This document shows, one piece after another, positions 57,782 through 64,000 of a stretch of DNA of 64,000 nucleotides. The translations under genes and the position numbers were made by a program. Under the pieces are notes generated by a model that was not told where the DNA came from, did not search any database, and saw only the letters and a program-made list of their open reading frames with translations. Location of the stretch: assembly GCA_001599295.1 (NCBI GenBank), contig BCGN01000003.1, positions 186,001 through 250,000 on the forward strand. Direction: 5' to 3'. Position 1 is the first letter of the stretch. Every line of letters begins with the position of its first letter. Origin of the DNA: Sporopachydermia quercuum (taxonomy: Eukaryota).

Positions 57782-59800
57782 TATTGAAAAAAAAAGTACT
57801 TATCTTTATGTGATAAAGTTCAGGATGACATGTGACAAAATAGTCTGAAGAGGACAAATGAACATCTTTTCAGGAAGTAAGGTCATGAGGATGAAGTAAG
57901 GGGATATTCTAAAGATATCAAGCTTCAATCTCAATTCACACATTACGGAATTGATATTCTTGTCAATCACATATTGTTTCCGTAATCAGAACATCCTCAC
58001 ATGTAAGTGCGGTAAAGAGAAGAACCTTGAGACGACCCAAGACGCGAAAGCCTGATAACATAACATGCATACTATAGCAATGTGGCAAGAAATTGAGCTG
58101 CACTTGATTGCGGAGCTAGTGAAAACACAAATCCAACAAATTCTCTATTAGGTAGGAATATTAGGGTATCAGTAATGCAAAACAATGGTAACTAGGGTAT
58201 ATTATAACAGATAGTAATAGAATTTTGTATGAATGAGTCAGGTACATTTTTGAAATTTAAAGAACAAGAAAGAACTATTGATAAGTACCGAACCGACANT
58301 CTTTCCCCTCTTCCTTTTCCAATGAGCTTCATTTCGATGACATCTCATGTTCGATAAATCACACTGATGTTATTAGTTTGTTAGTTTCTATTTTCTGTTG
58401 AGTGAATTTTTTTGGGTTCACTGTAATTCTATTCTTTTGCTGCGTAAACTGGCATTACTTAATTCGTCTAAACTGAAACATGAATTCGATATAATAATAT
58501 CACCTAACTGACTCGTATGAGGGTTCAAAGTCCAATAACTAATGTCCGAAAAGGATTGTAATGTTTGCCTATCTTTTGGGTTCATTTAACCATAGATACT
58601 GCTACCTAAATATTATTCTTTATTAACGCAATTCGAATAACTTGAAGCCAGTATTTAAATGAATCACCGCACTTCAACCGTCATAAGGCTTTTGAATGAA
58701 CGCAATATTCCGAAGTTCGGTGAATTACTCCTAATCCCATAATAAAACTAGTGTTCACGTTATCAATAATGACTCAATATTTCTCTCCTAATTCAATTTA
58801 AAATTGGATTCCTAATGCACCGACATGCATTATCTTCCACTCGGGTAAATAAATAAACCTTAAGATTACCACTCTATTATGACCATGTAACTATTTTCCA
58901 TACAATTAAGGTTTAGTAACCCTGAGTATACTTTCCTTGCGATGAGCCTACGCCTCATAAACTCTAAATTTCCCGGCAACTCAAATCTCTTTCTTCTTTG
59001 AAAACCAAGGTTTCTTTTCACTTTTATAAATTCAACGTATTCTATCTAACTATCAACAGTTTTATCCNACTCTCCTTCTACTTATAGGTTATTATAAATT
59101 GCAATCAATTTCTTGCTACAAGTACAGATTGAAGTACTATTTGCTCGCACACTCATTTCATTCTTCATTCAATGATTATCCGAAAAATCACATGAAGTTA
59201 ATACCTTATCAACTTAAATACAAACGCAAACTTAACAACCTCTTACCGAAGGCCGAGACCGGAACGAAAACCTGATCTTTGCTGTATTAGCGAACTCATT
59301 GAATAAAACAATTTTTTTATCTCATTCTATTAATACTANTTATTGTTGATCAATATTTCCTTTCTTCTCCATAAAACAAGAAGTTGGAATGGCATTATTT
59401 TTGAGTTTTATTAATATTTTATTGTTCTGAGCGAAAATTTATTATAAGAGTATCATACATTTTTATAGAATTTTACTACTAGGCTAGAAAGTCTAAGCAT
59501 TAAGCACACATATCATCGTCATCATCATAATCAAGATAGATAAATCAGATAAAGATCTCATAATGAGAAACGCGATATAATAGCTAGGAAAGTGTCAATT
59601 TAATTGAAAATAAACAACGAAACAAAACGAAACAAAAAGCTGGTAACAGGAATATCAGAATTTAAGACTGAAAATNTGCATGCTCTGACATCTTAATTCT
59701 AGAATCTGTTTCTTACCAAGTAGTCATTCGTTTCAACAACTTATAAAAGAATAGTAGATTTGTTTGTCATTATTACTGAATTGCCAGCAATTGATCCATA

Positions 59801-60952
59801 ATGCTATACTCTTCAACATTGGTATTGGTCTCAGCACCATCAGCATATACTGTCACAAGGCTATATGGCCCTGTTCTGCGGAAAGCTTTGGAGATCACAA
59901 TCCCTACTGGTCATTTGGANATAAGAATCATGAACAGCGTGAATAAGCTTATCAACTGCCCAGCTGATTTAGAAACATTATTGAAAGCTTTCTATATTGC
60001 CACCAAGAAAGAAATGTGTATTTTGGGTANCCGCTCCACTGTTAAAGTAAGAGTGTTTTTAGAAAAATCACATTTCACTCCAAGACTCAATGCCCAACTA
60101 CCTCCACAATTAGATGGAAAATGGGAAGTTGTTTGCGTTGGCAAGCAAGAATCCTTTTTAATTTCTGACTTCAGATTTGAGCAAACAGGTTCTGCTAACT
60201 CAACTTTTAACCTGCCAACGTTATTTCTAAACATGGGTGAAGATAACAGTACTGCAACTGGTGCAACAACTCCTACTATTGATGAAGATCCTGAAGCTGA
60301 AGCNGAAGCNGAAGCCGAAGCCGAATCAAGATTTGGTTCGTCTAACTCCTCAGGCTCAGAAATGTCAGATCTATCTCCTGTGTCATCATCACCTTATAAT
60401 CAACTATCAAGGAGAACTTCCCACGTGTCCTATTCACATCCTACTGTTGTGGTTGTGGGTCCTTTCCAGAATGATGACGATTTTACCAAGATACTAATAA
60501 CAGTTGCTGGATTTATGGCTACATCCAAACTAATAATAGGACCAACAACAGTGTCTAAAAATTCAGCTGGCAGTCAAACATCTCCTACTTCAGCGAGTAC
60601 TAAACTATCGAAGTCTGCAGCAACTAGTTTTGTTCGGTTTATTTATCCTAATTTAAACATCACAGTCACTTCCCAATCAAATCGTGAGAAGTATCTTAAT
60701 GAGACATCAAGAAATTCATCATTAATATCAAAAGTTCCGCATATGCTGTTAACTACCCTTTTATCCACTGAAGTTGATGCATTAGTTATATCAGCTCTTC
60801 ATGCTCATTTCGCTACTAAGATCAATGCTGAACGCGAAGCTTTAGGCTTATATCCTTTGATNATTTATACGTTAGCTTCTAAACCAGAGCGGAAACAATT
60901 ACCGAAAATCAGACCTTTGCAATGGAGATCTTTGCAATCTGTTATGGTATAG
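59801..60952 (+). CDS. Cab4/phosphopantetheine adenylyltransferase-like protein lacking catalytic motifs
   Basis: VVVGPFQNDDDFTKILITVAGFMATSKLIIG aligns to ALGGTFDHIHDGHKILLSVSTFITSQRLICG. EVDALVIS..KINAEREALGLYPL aligns to EIECLVVS..TVNKTRIEKGMSPL. Confidence 0.7.
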   Translation: MLYSSTLVLVSAPSAYTVTRLYGPVLRKALEITIPTGHLXIRIMNSVNKLINCPADLETLLKAFYIATKKEMCILGXRSTVKVRVFLEKSHFTPRLNAQLPPQLDGKWEVVCVGKQESFLISDFRFEQTGSANSTFNLPTLFLNMGEDNSTATGATTPTIDEDPEAEXEXEAEAESRFGSSNSSGSEMSDLSPVSSSPYNQLSRRTSHVSYSHPTVVVVGPFQNDDDFTKILITVAGFMATSKLIIGPTTVSKNSAGSQTSPTSASTKLSKSAATSFVRFIYPNLNITVTSQSNREKYLNETSRNSSLISKVPHMLLTTLLSTEVDALVISALHAHFATKINAEREALGLYPLXIYTLASKPERKQLPKIRPLQWRSLQSVMV

Positions 60953-61444
60953 TATTAAAGATAAGAATTAGAGTGGGAATGGACGTGAAATGGATAGGGA
61001 TTAGGATATCTGATCGAACAGGAATAGAATAGATGTGATCAAGCATTTTTTATGGAACAGTTATAGCATATAATGGACTACTGTAGAAGCTACAAGCCAG
61101 AAGTTCATCAAAGTGTTCAATCACATTACTACAGTATCAACTAAAAATTGGTACGGGGTAAAATAATTGAATTGCATTCAAACCATCTGAAGAACTAGAT
61201 CGTATCTTCGTGTTAACTGAACATAGAATAGAATATATTGANTTAAAGGTTTTATTAATTGGAAGGATTGGGGTAAAAGAAAAGGTGGAAAATGGAAATG
61301 GAAACGAAAGAACTAATTTTAATAAAGGAAAAAATAGAACAAATANTATATAAAAGGTTGGGATAAGTTTAATAATATTTAATAATAATAATGAGAATAA
61401 TAATCGGTATTAATAGACCTATTAGTTTTTTAACAATTATATAC

Positions 61445-61488
61445 TGCTAATAGTTAATGCTAATAGTTAATGCTAATAGTTAATGCTA
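61445..61488. repeat. 13-bp minisatellite (TGCTAATAGTTAA)x3 in a very AT-rich spacer
   Basis: Read directly; degenerate copies continue to ~61580. Confidence 0.9.
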
Positions 61489-61716
61489 TTATTTATTAAT
61501 AGTATTTAATGCTAATATTTTATAATAATTAATATTATTTGATGCTATTATTTAATACGAATATTCAATGCTAATAACACCCGTAGCAATGCACTGTATC
61601 ATTATTGTAGTAAAACTCTACAATTACAACTCATTTAATTACCAGTTTATTTACCTNTCCCTACCTCTGTTTTTCTGTTTTTCTGTTCTTCTTCCTTGTA
61701 TTCTTCTACTCTTCTT

Positions 61717-64000
61717 CTATTCTAACTCATTGACTATTCCATCAGTAACATCTACTATTGCTTCAATCGCCCATTGAACTCTTGTCTTACTTTTCCCAGT
61801 CAGCAACTCAGACTGCAGTAACTTCTCATGGAAAAAATATGTCATTCCTCTCAAAACTGACTTGTACTCTGATAATGCTCCTATCATTGAAATCACCCGT
61901 TTTTCGTCTTTGTTTTTACCAATCTTCTCTAATACAGATATGAAAAACACTTCTAAGAATAACTCTGCATCAGAGCTTCCAGAAACAAAATCAACATGCT
62001 TCAGTACTTCCAATGTTAATACATTTTCTTTCACCAATGCACCATAGAATTTAGATAGGTGGGCTAACCGTTTAATAGTCACATCCTCTGAATTGCCATT
62101 AGTTCCATTACTAATATCATCATCGGCATCAGCTTGAGGATCCATTCCTGACTCCAAATTGCCAATTAAATCCCAGAATTGGAATTGGAACACTTTCCAT
62201 AGCCATTTGAGATCTCTGCATAGTTGGACAGCTACAAGAGAATAGTAAGGATTATAAACAGGTTCTTTTCCACAGCAGTGAGTTAACACAGTTGCAATTT
62301 CTTTAGCTTGAGCCCGTTTCAAGCCTAGTTTGGTAATCCTATCAGCAGCATCAGCATAATCTTCCGCACTCATGACAGTAATGAATATTGCTCTTCTAAC
62401 ATCAGTGTTCATTCTCTGAGCTCTTGCTAGGGTCATCCAATCAACTTCGTTCGCATCTAAGGTTTCAGCAAACTCACTATTCGCTTTGTTCTTACTATCC
62501 CCACGATCGTTGCTATTCAGACCATCTGTAGCAGTCTCGCCAAAGCCTTCGCCTCTGAATGCACTGCCGACAAGCCACCATTTACCTCGTTTGTCAGCAT
62601 CACGTAAATCCTGAAGAGAAATCCTTAATGGCTCTTGCTTTTGACCTATTGAGCCAAGCACTTTTCTAAGCCTAGTCAGAGATTCGGTCACTGTGGCTAT
62701 GCCTAATTTATCCTTAGCGGTTATTTTGTTATTTTTCAACGCGGTAACACATTCAGTCAAGAACTGCATTCTTGCTGACGATCCAGTGCCAGGGACTTGA
62801 GCTTGTAGGTCATTCACCATTTGTTTCAAAGCGGTAGGATCCTCTGTTCGCAATTGAGGACCAGCCATTCGTATCACTGTAAGCATCAATTCTGTTCCCA
62901 GTTCTGTGCCTTTAGATATAAATTCTCTGACATAGCCATACAGAAGTTGGGGGCCAAATAACTGGAAGCTGTATAATCCACATAATAACGTTATTAGATT
63001 ATTAGGTTCTCTACTTGTCAAATCGGTTTTCTCTTTCCAAAAACCATCAAATGTTTCAACAACTGTTTGGAGAAGCATAGCAGAGAAATCTGTTCCAGTA
63101 GTTAGCCGAGTTAGGCCCGAAGCAGCAGCAGAATAGAGAATTGAGAATTGAGGCAATAAAGGACCAGGAACTGACACCGAGTCAATTATTGTTTTAATTA
63201 TGGCAGAATTGACAGTATGTCTAGGATGAGAAAGATATAAAGGGGTGAGAGCTGAAAGAATGGATGATATGTTTTGTTCAGATAAACGATTGAACAGACC
63301 TTTCACTTTAGCAGTTATCGCAGGGTCTAAGTCGTTTGACATCAAAGAGGAATTAGAATTGGCGTTGGAGTTGGCATTGATAGTAGCCGTAGTTGTAGTT
63401 GTGGTAGAAGCAGCTTCCATACGTTTTCTTAATGCTGGTGGAATATATTTGCCCGTTGTGGGAGCTGAGTAAGGGTCTTCTCTCGTTTTAGTAGAGTGGG
63501 TTGGTTGCTTTTCAGTAATGTCATTATCGTCTCCGTCTTCCTCTTCTTCTTCTTCTTCTTCTTCTTCTTTTTCTTCTTTTTCTTCAGCATCTCCATCATC
63601 TAACTCATTATCACTGTCAAAGTCTGAACTATCTAATTCATCATCTGACCATGGTAGCTTAATATCTTCTTCTATATCTTCTTCTTCTTCCTCAGTATCA
63701 AAATCGGAACTATTCAATTCATCGTCAGTCCAAGGTAACTTTTCTACCATCTCATTACCTTCTATCTCATCCTCATTATCATTGATATCATCTCCTTCGC
63801 TAATAACTTCACCGGAATAATCGTCGAGGAAATCCAATCCATCAAGTAAACCTCCAATGAAATCATCATCATTTTCTTTCTGCAGTTTTGTTCCTTTGAT
63901 TCCTAATTTTTCAGCATAATATGCAACATCCGCATCTTCAGCATGTAGTAGTTTCTTTGCTTTCTTATTCTTAGGTTCTTTACTCTTAAAACTGCTCTTG
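61717..64000 (-). CDS. SGD1: Nucleolar MIF4G/MA3 protein Sgd1 (NOM1), 5'-truncated by the window end
   Basis: GKYIPPALR, KGLFNRLSEQN, RGKWWLVGSA, ARAQRMNTDVRRAIF, YNPYY. The frame stays open from 63837 to the window edge. Confidence 0.94.
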   Translation of the reverse strand, partial: KSSFKSKEPKNKKAKKLLHAEDADVAYYAEKLGIKGTKLQKENDDDFIGGLLDGLDFLDDYSGEVISEGDDINDNEDEIEGNEMVEKLPWTDDELNSSDFDTEEEEEDIEEDIKLPWSDDELDSSDFDSDNELDDGDAEEKEEKEEEEEEEEEEDGDDNDITEKQPTHSTKTREDPYSAPTTGKYIPPALRKRMEAASTTTTTTATINANSNANSNSSLMSNDLDPAITAKVKGLFNRLSEQNISSILSALTPLYLSHPRHTVNSAIIKTIIDSVSVPGPLLPQFSILYSAAASGLTRLTTGTDFSAMLLQTVVETFDGFWKEKTDLTSREPNNLITLLCGLYSFQLFGPQLLYGYVREFISKGTELGTELMLTVIRMAGPQLRTEDPTALKQMVNDLQAQVPGTGSSARMQFLTECVTALKNNKITAKDKLGIATVTESLTRLRKVLGSIGQKQEPLRISLQDLRDADKRGKWWLVGSAFRGEGFGETATDGLNSNDRGDSKNKANSEFAETLDANEVDWMTLARAQRMNTDVRRAIFITVMSAEDYADAADRITKLGLKRAQAKEIATVLTHCCGKEPVYNPYYSLVAVQLCRDLKWLWKVFQFQFWDLIGNLESGMDPQADADDDISNGTNGNSEDVTIKRLAHLSKFYGALVKENVLTLEVLKHVDFVSGSSDAELFLEVFFISVLEKIGKNKDEKRVISMIGALSEYKSVLRGMTYFFHEKLLQSELLTGKSKTRVQWAIEAIVDVTDGIVNELE

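Noticed and set aside
1..64000. Transposons, LTRs, CRISPR arrays, rRNA, snoRNAs; the many short antisense ORFs in the track
   Set aside because: No transposase or RT motifs, terminal repeats, spacer arrays or convincing C/D box pairs seen by eye. The short ORFs are shadows of real genes.

Overview
Eukaryotic nuclear DNA from an intron-rich budding yeast (Saccharomycotina-like gene content and microsynteny). CTG sits at conserved Leu positions, so the standard code applies. Scattered single Ns may be heterozygous sites. I reconstruct about 20 protein genes and 3 tRNA genes, with 18 spliceosomal introns that the ORF track splits or misses. Order: divergent TDA10-like kinase, REC107/MER2, LSM8, MDE1, DNA2, TDA1/CmkB-like kinase, 2x tRNA-Leu(TAA), SF3B6/p14, MFS transporter, two Gfo/Idh/MocA oxidoreductases, PAR32-like, SYG1, SDR, JNM1/dynamitin, HER2/GatA, YTA7, tRNA-Pro(AGG), cyclase-family protein, hydroxyquinol 1,2-dioxygenase, a 27-aa metallothionein, degenerate CAB4-like protein, SGD1 (5' end outside the window). 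Most interesting: (1) two 'orphan' ORFs join across an ~820-nt intron into a meiotic MER2/REC107 orthologue with a non-consensus donor followed by a Mer1-enhancer-like element; (2) a Neurospora-type Cu-metallothionein below the ORF cut-off; (3) a CAB4/PPAT homologue lacking its catalytic HxGH motif; (4) two localised CCG/CGG-rich islands, one running through non-coding DNA. Homology and synteny calls come from remembered sequences and manual alignment, not database searches.
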